The position numbers were made by a program, and so were the translations under genes. The notes beneath the pieces were generated by a model. The model was not told the origin of the DNA and searched no databases. It saw nothing but the letters and a program-made list of their open reading frames with translations. A DNA stretch of 64,000 nucleotides from Ignavibacteria bacterium (GTDB lineage: Bacteria; Bacteroidota; Ignavibacteria; UBA10030; SZUA-254), in NCBI GenBank assembly GCA_016178595.1, contig JACOSY010000013.1:153181-217180 (forward strand), given 5' to 3'. Within the stretch, counting starts at the first letter, position 1; every line of letters starts with the position of its first letter. This document shows, piece by piece, positions 29,731 through 37,431 of the stretch.

Positions 29731-29830
29731 GCCAACAATTGTATCCAGTTTACGACAAGAATATGTCACGCTTCTTGCTGGTGCAAGAAGGCGCGCCACG
29801 TTGTGCCGAAGCTGACGCTGGCCGTTACGC
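29730..29830 (+). mobile_element. Integron attC site
   Basis: R'' GGCCAAC at the stop codon; central hairpin CTTCTTGC-TGGT-GCAAGAAG; imperfect L boxes; R' GTTACGC. Confidence 0.7.
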
Positions 29831-29904
29831 AGCTTCCGCTGTCTCGTACACTCGGGGCTTTGGTTCCAGCAATTCCATCCATCGAACTATACTGATGAAG
29901 AGTT

Positions 29905-30768
29905 ATGAAGCAAATCGTTTGCAGGTTGAAGCTCGTCCGGCATTGTTTTCTTGAAGTGTTGGGCGGTCTCGCGCTAGCCACAATTTCTCAGTTCGCGTTT
30001 GGGCAAAGCGCAAACTCAGCAGCGCTTATCCCGCTCTTCCACGATCGTGTCCACCAACATATAGGCGATGAAAGGCTGCAGTTGATGTCGCAGAGAGTCG
30101 TTGTGTTCGTGTACCACAACGCGGCTGCAGTCTATCTGGATGCACACTTTGTCAACACCGAGTCCGACTCGCTCACGCACGAGCTTGCACTTCCGTCGAA
30201 GGGACATACCAGCGCCCAGTCGGGCACGATCTCCAATGGCATACTCGGCGTCAAGTTGTGGATCGCGGGCGAAAGGGTGGAACCGTCGGTCGATGAAGGA
30301 AAGGAGACGTGGTATACGATTGCTCCGGCATTCGGCTCACACGAGGAGAAACATATCCGCGCGCTCTTCTGGGTGCAGACGTCTTTGGCAGATGTCGATT
30401 CGGTTCCCAGCGTGGATTCGGCGACGATCCATGCGGGAAAGCGGGTGCTTGTCGTCGATCTGCAGCATGCCGCAGCGTGGAAGGATGTCGTCCAATCACT
30501 GGATGTCTCGATGGTGTTGAGGGAGGGCCTGACGAAAAGAAACTCCCGGATGGATCTTGAACCGAAAAACTATCTTGATGATCACTCCACGTTCTTCTGG
30601 TCGTTGCAGAACGTGGAGCCATCGTTCAGTGACGACATTTCTATTGTCTATACGCCGCCTACCGCGATGGCATCGCACTGGAATACGATGGCAAAACTCT
30701 CCGACTACATTACCGGCACAGTGTATGATGAACTGCTGGGGTACGTTCAGCAGTTGGATGAGGAATGA
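29905..30768 (+). CDS. Hypothetical exported protein
   Basis: 287 aa, signal-like N-terminus, beta-rich, host-like GC. Confidence 0.7.
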   Translation: MKQIVCRLKLVRHCFLEVLGGLALATISQFAFGQSANSAALIPLFHDRVHQHIGDERLQLMSQRVVVFVYHNAAAVYLDAHFVNTESDSLTHELALPSKGHTSAQSGTISNGILGVKLWIAGERVEPSVDEGKETWYTIAPAFGSHEEKHIRALFWVQTSLADVDSVPSVDSATIHAGKRVLVVDLQHAAAWKDVVQSLDVSMVLREGLTKRNSRMDLEPKNYLDDHSTFFWSLQNVEPSFSDDISIVYTPPTAMASHWNTMAKLSDYITGTVYDELLGYVQQLDEE

Positions 30769-30776
30769 GTCTGGAC

Positions 30777-30805
30777 CCTTGCGAAGGTTATGAACCTTCG
30801 CAAGG
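30777..30805. terminator. Perfect hairpin between convergent genes (terminator or REP)
   Basis: CCTTGCGAAGGTT-ATG-AACCTTCGCAAGG, 13-bp stem. Confidence 0.65.
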
Positions 30806-30809
30806 ATTA

Positions 30810-31061
30810 TTATGTATTCTTCGTTTTCAGCCCGATCAAGTATTTCGTTGTCGCCTCTGAGACACGGTTCCTGCCGACAGTGAACTCAACGGCAATCGTT
30901 GTCACTTCGCAGATCCTTTGAAGGACGATTTGCGAAGGATACGCTTTGCCTCGTTCGATCTGCGCGTAGTGCTTCAAGGATATTCCGATCTTTGCGGCAA
31001 GTTCTTTCTGGACGAGTTTGTGTTTCTTCCGATACTTTTTGAGCGCCTGCCCCAGCGTCAT
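30810..31061 (-). CDS. XRE family HTH regulator
   Basis: LKKYRKK..LVQKELAAKIGIS...IERGK..PS; RBS GGAGG. Confidence 0.9.
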   Translation of the reverse strand: MTLGQALKKYRKKHKLVQKELAAKIGISLKHYAQIERGKAYPSQIVLQRICEVTTIAVEFTVGRNRVSEATTKYLIGLKTKNT

Positions 31062-31546
31062 TGTGCACCTCCCTTTCTGTGATAGTACCTATAAGGTAAT
31101 AATATTTCTCTTGCTTTTGCAAGCCGAGGTATCTATATTTGCTCCACCTCCCGGTCGGCAGATTTCATTGTACTATTTCTTGTCAGCAATCCTTGTACAA
31201 TATACGACGAAAGAAGTCTGATGTCAACAAGTTTTTCTGTTCGAAACCTCAACAACATTTGGCAGCCGAGATCTCTTGAGAACAAACTCTTGCAGTTACT
31301 GCACAGTGCGTCACTCAAGATCAGAGATCGAGTCCCGCGGCATAAGGAATCTTATATGTTCAATAATCCAGGCGTTGGGATTTGTGGTTTAGTTCTTCCG
31401 ACGGAGAGATTTCTATAGGACGAAAGAATCGTGATGAAATAATCGGATCAAAAAAATATGTATTTCGCCTGTGGAGAATAATATTGGGAGGATATGATTA
31501 TGATCCGCAGGTGGATGGGGGGCACAAGGGAGGCTGCAGATGAGGT

Positions 31547-32653
31547 TTATGCAGCCTCTTTTTTTTCGTAGACTTTCAGAACATCGTACAACGTCGTCCG
31601 CTGCGCAGGAATGAATCCTGAATCCTGAATCAGTTGAATCACCTCTTCCGTGTTCGTCTTGTTCACGAAGTTTGCGGCGGCATGAACGTTTTCTTCGAAC
31701 AGCGTTCCGCCGAAATCATCGGCACCGAAGTGCAGCGCGATCTGTCCTGTCTTTTTTCCTTCCGAGAACCACGATGCCTGGATGTGATCGAAGTTGTCGA
31801 GATAGATGCGGGAGATGGCAAGCATCTGCAAATAGCGCATCGGTGTGGCGTAGTGCGGGATAATTTTTTCCAACGGTGTGTTGCCCGGCTTGAAGCTCCA
31901 TGGGATGAACGCGGTGAAGCCATGGTACTCATCCTGCAACTGCCGGATCGATTCCAGGTGCTCGACGACGTCTTCGTTGGTCTCAAGATGACCGTACATC
32001 ATCGTTGCCGTAGTCTTGTAGCCGATCTTGTGCGCCTCTCGCATGACGTTGAGCCAGTCGGCACTCGTACCTTTGAGGCTTGAGATTTTTTTCTTAACGC
32101 GGTCGGATAAAATCTCCGCGCCGCCGCCGGGGATCGTTCGTTGCCCTGCATCCCACAATCTTTTCAAGACTTCTCGAACCTCCAACCCCGAAACGCTTGC
32201 CATCCCGATGATCTCCGATGTCGACCAGAAGTGTGGCATCACTTCCGGCACCTCCTTCACTGTCCTCTCGACCATCTCGACGTAATATTCGAACGGAATT
32301 TTCGGATTCACACCGCCCTGCAGGAGTACCGTCGTGACGCCATTGGCTACCGAGCGCTTGAAGTTCTCGATCATTGCATCGACCGAGTACGTGTACTCGC
32401 CCGCTTCGCCTTCGTGCCGGTAGAATGCGCAAAAGATACAATCGACGTTGCAGATGTTCGTATAGTTCGGGTTCGTATCGACGACGAACGTTACGCGAGA
32501 CTCGGGATTCTTCCGGTAGCGAATTTGGTTCGCGAGGTCGCCGAGGTCCAAAAGTTCGGCGTTCTTCAGGAGGAAGAGACATTCTTCAGGAGTGAGGCGT
32601 TCCTGGTTCTGGATTTTGGTGGAGATGGTTGAGAGGTGCATGGGGGCGATCAA
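31547..32653 (-). CDS. mqnC: Cyclic dehypoxanthinyl futalosine synthase (radical SAM)
   Basis: NYTNICNVDCIFCAFYR, LLQGG, PGGGAEIL, FTAFIPWSF, HIQASW, EENV; start may be 32641. Confidence 0.92.
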   Translation of the reverse strand: MIAPMHLSTISTKIQNQERLTPEECLFLLKNAELLDLGDLANQIRYRKNPESRVTFVVDTNPNYTNICNVDCIFCAFYRHEGEAGEYTYSVDAMIENFKRSVANGVTTVLLQGGVNPKIPFEYYVEMVERTVKEVPEVMPHFWSTSEIIGMASVSGLEVREVLKRLWDAGQRTIPGGGAEILSDRVKKKISSLKGTSADWLNVMREAHKIGYKTTATMMYGHLETNEDVVEHLESIRQLQDEYHGFTAFIPWSFKPGNTPLEKIIPHYATPMRYLQMLAISRIYLDNFDHIQASWFSEGKKTGQIALHFGADDFGGTLFEENVHAAANFVNKTNTEEVIQLIQDSGFIPAQRTTLYDVLKVYEKKEAA

Positions 32654-32660
32654 GGGATAT

Positions 32661-33089
32661 TTACCCGGGTACTCTTTGATTAACCGGCTCGGGGTTTGGA
32701 TGATAAGAAGCCTCTCTTGCTAATTCGAGCGCGATGCTTTTTCGCCTATCTTTATCTGGGGGCCAGCCTGTGATGTTTGCATGGTTTTCATTTCCCGGTA
32801 TTGGTTCAGAATCTACTAGTAAAGATTGTTTGCGTACTAATAGAGCTAAGATGTCTGCTCGTCCATAAAGGGTCAGGCTGCGTGCTGTTGCAACATTCTT
32901 TCCATGACGCCATAGTTCAATTTCGGACAAACCAACATGACGAGTAACTGAAAGCTTTAAATCACTAGGAGGAAGGAATGCATTCTGTGATGGGGTATTA
33001 TCCTTCTTATGGATCCAATTGCTGCGGAGGATAAATCGTGCTATTAATTCATTATCAACTACTACCGTAACAGGGAAGTCGGCGTTCAT
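32661..33089 (-). CDS. Hypothetical protein, possible ADP-ribosyltransferase/RES-like fold
   Basis: ELIARFI...AFLP..KLSVTR...HANI; ATGA overlap with the upstream gene; fold is inference. Confidence 0.65.
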   Translation of the reverse strand: MNADFPVTVVVDNELIARFILRSNWIHKKDNTPSQNAFLPPSDLKLSVTRHVGLSEIELWRHGKNVATARSLTLYGRADILALLVRKQSLLVDSEPIPGNENHANITGWPPDKDRRKSIALELAREASYHPNPEPVNQRVPG

Positions 33090-33550
33090 GTGGCATTTAT
33101 ACGTCGAATCAAATCAAGAATTATTCTTGGCGTTTCTCCCAAGAAAATCTCAGTGCCGTATGCTTTATTGGGTCCGATGAGTGCAGCATAGTGTAAATCT
33201 CCTTCTGGGCTTATACTGACCGATAGGACACGGTTGGGAGATTGATACCACTCGAATGTAATATGCCCATCCGGTTCAGCGCCAACAGTTGGAGCCGGGA
33301 TGATAGTAGGAAGAACTTCGAGAAAAGCATACGCTCTTGCAAAAGTTTCAGCTTGAATCGCGTCGGCCCCGTACCCATCCCACCCTTTTTCTATCGCCAT
33401 ATCTCGTACCTCAATGAGTTCAGGAAGTACTTTCTTCAGAACTGAAAAATAATAACTATTTTTCAGCTGCTCTTGTATAATAAATGCGGCGCTCGAACTA
33501 TATCCGGTTGTGCTTGTCCCATCAAGGCTAAGAGCAATAGAAGCAATCAT
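33086..33550 (-). CDS. Hypothetical protein with WDGYGA...PDGHITFEW motif
   Basis: 154 aa, ATGA overlaps on both sides, Ser/Thr-rich N-terminus. Confidence 0.75.
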   Translation of the reverse strand: MIASIALSLDGTSTTGYSSSAAFIIQEQLKNSYYFSVLKKVLPELIEVRDMAIEKGWDGYGADAIQAETFARAYAFLEVLPTIIPAPTVGAEPDGHITFEWYQSPNRVLSVSISPEGDLHYAALIGPNKAYGTEIFLGETPRIILDLIRRINAT

Positions 33551-34332
33551 ATGAATGTTTTAAGAAGGTCTTCTGTAATAATACCAAAAAAAGCTTTATT
33601 TTTCAACACGTCGATTTCAACCAACCGCTGTTTTAATAATTCGCTTTTTGGGCCAAAAGGTTGCTGTGTATAGACATCAATATCAAGAATCAGGGCAAAT
33701 TCATTTCCTTGACCCTCAGGAGGTTGCACAGTTTTTATCAAATTCATTGCATATATACTGCCAGGTACGGCAAATATATCGTGGTGTAAGAAGCCAACAC
33801 GCGTGAGATTCATTTCACGTAAATCATCAGGAAATCCCCTAAAGTAATCTTCAAGTTGTACACGTTTCTCTCCTATTATTGGAAAGCGATTAATAAACCT
33901 GACACCTAATCGTTGAATCTCAGATGGCTGTGCCAACTCAAAATGGATCTCCCATAATCGGAGTGCTTCGGCACTGAACAGTTGCCAGTTTTCATAGGGT
34001 TTGAGTCGACTGAAGGAAAAGAGATCAAGTTGAAATTTAGTAATGTGGCTTTTGTCTGCTGAAGTGAATTGCCATCCTTGCCAACCTAGATTTTGGCTAT
34101 CAACTTTAGGTTCTTGACCAGGAGTCCATTGGAGTTGGCTGGAGAATCCTTGCACAGAGCGATGTTCAGGATATCCAGTTAATAGTTGCTTTAGCTTTGT
34201 GAGAATATCGGTTTCGTTCCACGGTAGACTTGCTCGCCCTCGTATCTCAATCACCGCTTCGGTGATTGGCGCACGCGAAAGGTGTGGAAATTTTTCTGAT
34301 GTATCAATGTATGATTGAGGTGCTTGGTCCAT
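33547..34332 (-). CDS. TIGR04255-like protein
   Basis: LSRAPITEAVIEIR, PYENW, RLGVRFINR, ILDIDV, KNKAFF. Confidence 0.8.
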   Translation of the reverse strand: MDQAPQSYIDTSEKFPHLSRAPITEAVIEIRGRASLPWNETDILTKLKQLLTGYPEHRSVQGFSSQLQWTPGQEPKVDSQNLGWQGWQFTSADKSHITKFQLDLFSFSRLKPYENWQLFSAEALRLWEIHFELAQPSEIQRLGVRFINRFPIIGEKRVQLEDYFRGFPDDLREMNLTRVGFLHHDIFAVPGSIYAMNLIKTVQPPEGQGNEFALILDIDVYTQQPFGPKSELLKQRLVEIDVLKNKAFFGIITEDLLKTFI

Positions 34333-34344
34333 AAATGTGTTGCC

Positions 34345-34372
34345 AATATACAGAATAGCTACACTATCTCAA
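34345..34372 (-). promoter_or_regulatory. Candidate promoter for the three-gene island
   Basis: TTGAGA-N16-TATATT in the gap after the mqnE stop. Confidence 0.4.
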
Positions 34373-36237
34373 AGACAGTGCACGTTGATCATATTAATCT
34401 CTTCCACCAACCTCCGAAACTCCCGCATCGCCTCTCGTTCTCTTTCGCCAAGCCGGTAGCTGAAGCCTTCGAGATATTCTTCCACATCTTTTCGCTCAAG
34501 GCCTATGCGCTTGCCGTGAAGTTCGCCGATCTCGCCGAAGTGTTCTTCACTCATATCCAGCGAGCGTTCGATGAGCGACGAGAGTTCTTGTTTGGTTTTT
34601 TCCGGCAAGGGTTTTTTCATTGCCCAGACGGCAAAGACGAACGGCAGCTTCTTCCAGTCGTACCACTCTTTGGCGAGATCGAAGACCAGCTCGAAGCCGG
34701 CAAGTCCGTGTTTGTTACGATGCAGAGCTTCGTCACCGATGAGGAGCACCGCATCGAACTTCGAGCAATCGTTTACGCCGGCGTGCATCCGTTCGAGCGT
34801 TGCTTTTACGCCATATTTCTTTTCCAGCAAGACTTGCAGCAGGCGGACAGAGGTGGCAGTATCGTCGGTGATGCCGATGATTTTTCCATTGAGATCGAGC
34901 CATCCTTCTTTGGAAAAAAGCATCACGCTCTTGACCTGATCGCGCGTGGCGATGCAGAAGGGAAGAAGTTCTAGCGATTCTTCCTGCCGGAAGTAATCCA
35001 TCAAAGAAAAGGGACCCGCGATGATCTGCGCTTTGTCTTCCAACAACCCCATCCGCCGCGGCACGATGGGGAGAATCTTAAACTGCCGCTTCTCAAAATG
35101 ATGATAGAACGGAACCGAGTTGAGGTACGGAATCTTGCCGACGACATTGTCGGCGTAGACGTTGAGCGCATTATAATAGACGTCGCGCTCGACCGGAATT
35201 TTCCCGGCGTCACGGATGATCTTGATGATTTGGTTTTTGGCGAGCTTCATCGGACTGATGGCGCCGGCGTCGTGGGCGATCTTCTCGCCGCCGACGGTTC
35301 CGTCCATGTCGTCCGCTCCGAAGTTGAGGGCAACGGATGCAACTTCTTCCGTCAGCATCACCCAGTACGCCTTGATGTGCGGGAAGTTATCGAGCATTAG
35401 TCGTGAAATAGCAATCGTCTTCAGGTCATCAATGGCGGAGGTGAACTGATTCGTCGGCTTGATGCCCGTGTCGCCCGGCTGGAATGCGAGCGGAATAAAA
35501 GTTAAGAATCCACCCGTCTCATCTTGAGCCTCGCGGAGCTTGATCATGTGAATCAACCGCTCTTCGAGCGTTTCAACATGCCCGTACAACATCGTGCTGT
35601 TGGTGGGAATGCCAAGCTTGTGTGCGGTCTTGTGCACTTCGAACCAACCCTTGGCGCCGATCTTCTGATTGAAGAGAAGTTTTCTGACTCTTTCAGAAAA
35701 GACTTCGGCGCCGCCGCCGGGCATCGTCTTGAGTCCTGCCGCCTGCAATTGGCGTAGCACTTCTTCGATCGGCATCCGGAACTTCTTGTGGAAGAAGTCG
35801 ATTTCGACGGCAGTATACGCCTTCACGTCGGCGTGAGGGAATTTTTCGTGGATCGAGCGGACGATATCGACGTACCGCTCCCACGGCCAGTCGGCCGGCA
35901 TGCCGCCGGTGATGTGGACTTCGGCGATCTCCGGCGAGAGCTTGCCGAGAATCTCTTCGGTCGTCATCTCGTAGGCATTCGCATCGCCCTTCTTCACGGC
36001 GAAATCGCAGAACTTGCACGAGAGGATACAGATGTTCGTGTGCTCGATTTTTTGATTGAGGACGAAGTAGACCGCGTCGCCGCTCTTTTGCTGCTGGACG
36101 AAGTGCGCCATCTTGCCGAGTGCGATGACGTCGTTCGTATTATAGAGCGCGAGGCCGTCTTCGAGGGAAAGGCGTTTACCGCGCTGGACTTTGGACCAGA
36201 TGGGGATGAGATTTTGATCTCTGAAGTTGATACTCAT
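34369..36237 (-). CDS. mqnE: Aminofutalosine synthase MqnE fused to an MqnA-type chorismate dehydratase domain
   Basis: N-terminal CILSCKFC radical SAM, EVHITGG, FIPLAFQP, HIKAYWVM; C-terminal GKIPYLNSVPF, VKSVMLF, TSVRLL, LLIGDEAL, LPFVFAVW. Confidence 0.9.
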   Translation of the reverse strand: MSINFRDQNLIPIWSKVQRGKRLSLEDGLALYNTNDVIALGKMAHFVQQQKSGDAVYFVLNQKIEHTNICILSCKFCDFAVKKGDANAYEMTTEEILGKLSPEIAEVHITGGMPADWPWERYVDIVRSIHEKFPHADVKAYTAVEIDFFHKKFRMPIEEVLRQLQAAGLKTMPGGGAEVFSERVRKLLFNQKIGAKGWFEVHKTAHKLGIPTNSTMLYGHVETLEERLIHMIKLREAQDETGGFLTFIPLAFQPGDTGIKPTNQFTSAIDDLKTIAISRLMLDNFPHIKAYWVMLTEEVASVALNFGADDMDGTVGGEKIAHDAGAISPMKLAKNQIIKIIRDAGKIPVERDVYYNALNVYADNVVGKIPYLNSVPFYHHFEKRQFKILPIVPRRMGLLEDKAQIIAGPFSLMDYFRQEESLELLPFCIATRDQVKSVMLFSKEGWLDLNGKIIGITDDTATSVRLLQVLLEKKYGVKATLERMHAGVNDCSKFDAVLLIGDEALHRNKHGLAGFELVFDLAKEWYDWKKLPFVFAVWAMKKPLPEKTKQELSSLIERSLDMSEEHFGEIGELHGKRIGLERKDVEEYLEGFSYRLGEREREAMREFRRLVEEINMINVHCL

Positions 36238-37292
36238 TTTATTTCGGCAGCGTAGAGATTATTGTTGTACACGTATGCCACCCTTCTCGAATCCGGCGAC
36301 CAACTGCCGGGAGTCCGCGTGGAAGCGATGAATCGCTTCGAATTTCCATCTGAATCTATAACATAAAGACTGGAGGCGGTCGTATTGTATTCCAGGAATT
36401 CAATGGAAGAACCATCCGGCGAATAGCTGAACGAGTATGGCTGGCTATCATCAGTGTTGGCAGTGAGAACTCTCGTTGTCCCTCCATCGAAAGGAATCTC
36501 AAACAGCTGAAAGGACGACGTAGATTCTGCCCGATCCGAAAAGAGAATCTTCCTTCCATCCGGCGACCAGCGGAGTTCGTTAGTCCCAGCTCGGAATTCG
36601 TAGATGCGTCGAAAGACGTTTTCATACGGGCTCAGCACGGCAAGATATGATTTTGTCACTGCGCCCCCCGGCCACGAAGAGTCCTTAAAACATTGTGCAG
36701 CAATCCGCCCATCGGGCGACCACGAAACATGTCCCGGTACTATTGTATCCGACCACTGGCTGAGCGTTCCGTGTAAGGTGTACACGAAGAGGTGAGATTG
36801 GGAAGCGCCGAACTTTCGTCCGGCGATCAGGATTTCTCCGCCACCAGGCGACCAGTCGAGATCGAATGTGTTTGCAAGCGAATCGATGATGGTGACGTTG
36901 CCCATCGTATCGATAATTCTCATCGGTGGATCGTACTCGGTCCATACGACAAATTTATCTCCTTTCGGAGACCACGCAAACTTATGCTGAAACAATCGTA
37001 GATTCGAAGTGAGCTGTTTGGTGATGGCTGCTGACGTGTCTGCGATGAACAGTTCGTAGTCGGGAAGCGATGGTTCCGATGCCGTCTCCACGTCTGTCCC
37101 GCAGCCCGACCGTTTGCCGACGACGAAATCGTATTCAGTCTTCGAGATCAGAATCGCATTCATCGTCGTAGGAGACCATGCAGCATTACCAATAGCCTTG
37201 AAATGCCGCCGCTCACCTTCGTCCCCGCATTGGAAAGTGAGCAACGAGAGAATCGTAACGCTCATGACTTTATGAATCCTCACATGGTTCAT
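36234..37292 (-). CDS. TolB-like (PD40) beta-propeller lipoprotein
   Basis: Repeated WSP(D/K/G)G; lipobox-like TFQC; start uncertain. Confidence 0.8.
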   Translation of the reverse strand: MNHVRIHKVMSVTILSLLTFQCGDEGERRHFKAIGNAAWSPTTMNAILISKTEYDFVVGKRSGCGTDVETASEPSLPDYELFIADTSAAITKQLTSNLRLFQHKFAWSPKGDKFVVWTEYDPPMRIIDTMGNVTIIDSLANTFDLDWSPGGGEILIAGRKFGASQSHLFVYTLHGTLSQWSDTIVPGHVSWSPDGRIAAQCFKDSSWPGGAVTKSYLAVLSPYENVFRRIYEFRAGTNELRWSPDGRKILFSDRAESTSSFQLFEIPFDGGTTRVLTANTDDSQPYSFSYSPDGSSIEFLEYNTTASSLYVIDSDGNSKRFIASTRTPGSWSPDSRRVAYVYNNNLYAAEIK

Positions 37293-37367
37293 TTCCAAAT
37301 CCTTCCCACGTCTCATCCACTCATATTCGTAATCTTATCTCTATAGGGATAAATTTCCAATACAATC

Positions 37368-37430
37368 CTTTGCGTTCTTTGCGCCTTGGCGTAAAGTAAT
37401 TTCTCGCAAGGGCGCTAAGGCCGCAAAGAA
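37368..37430. repeat. Inverted 9-mer REP-like element
   Basis: CTTTGCGTTCTTTGCGCCTTGGCG ... CGCAAGGGCGCTAAGGCCGCAAAG. Confidence 0.7.
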
Positions 37431-37431
37431 A

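Noticed and set aside
31221-31418. 65-aa ORF divergent from the XRE gene
   Set aside because: No recognisable motif and weak RBS
22600-34400. Prophage, complete integron or CRISPR in the accessory region
   Set aside because: No integrase, transposase, phage structural gene, cas gene or repeat-spacer array seen in the window
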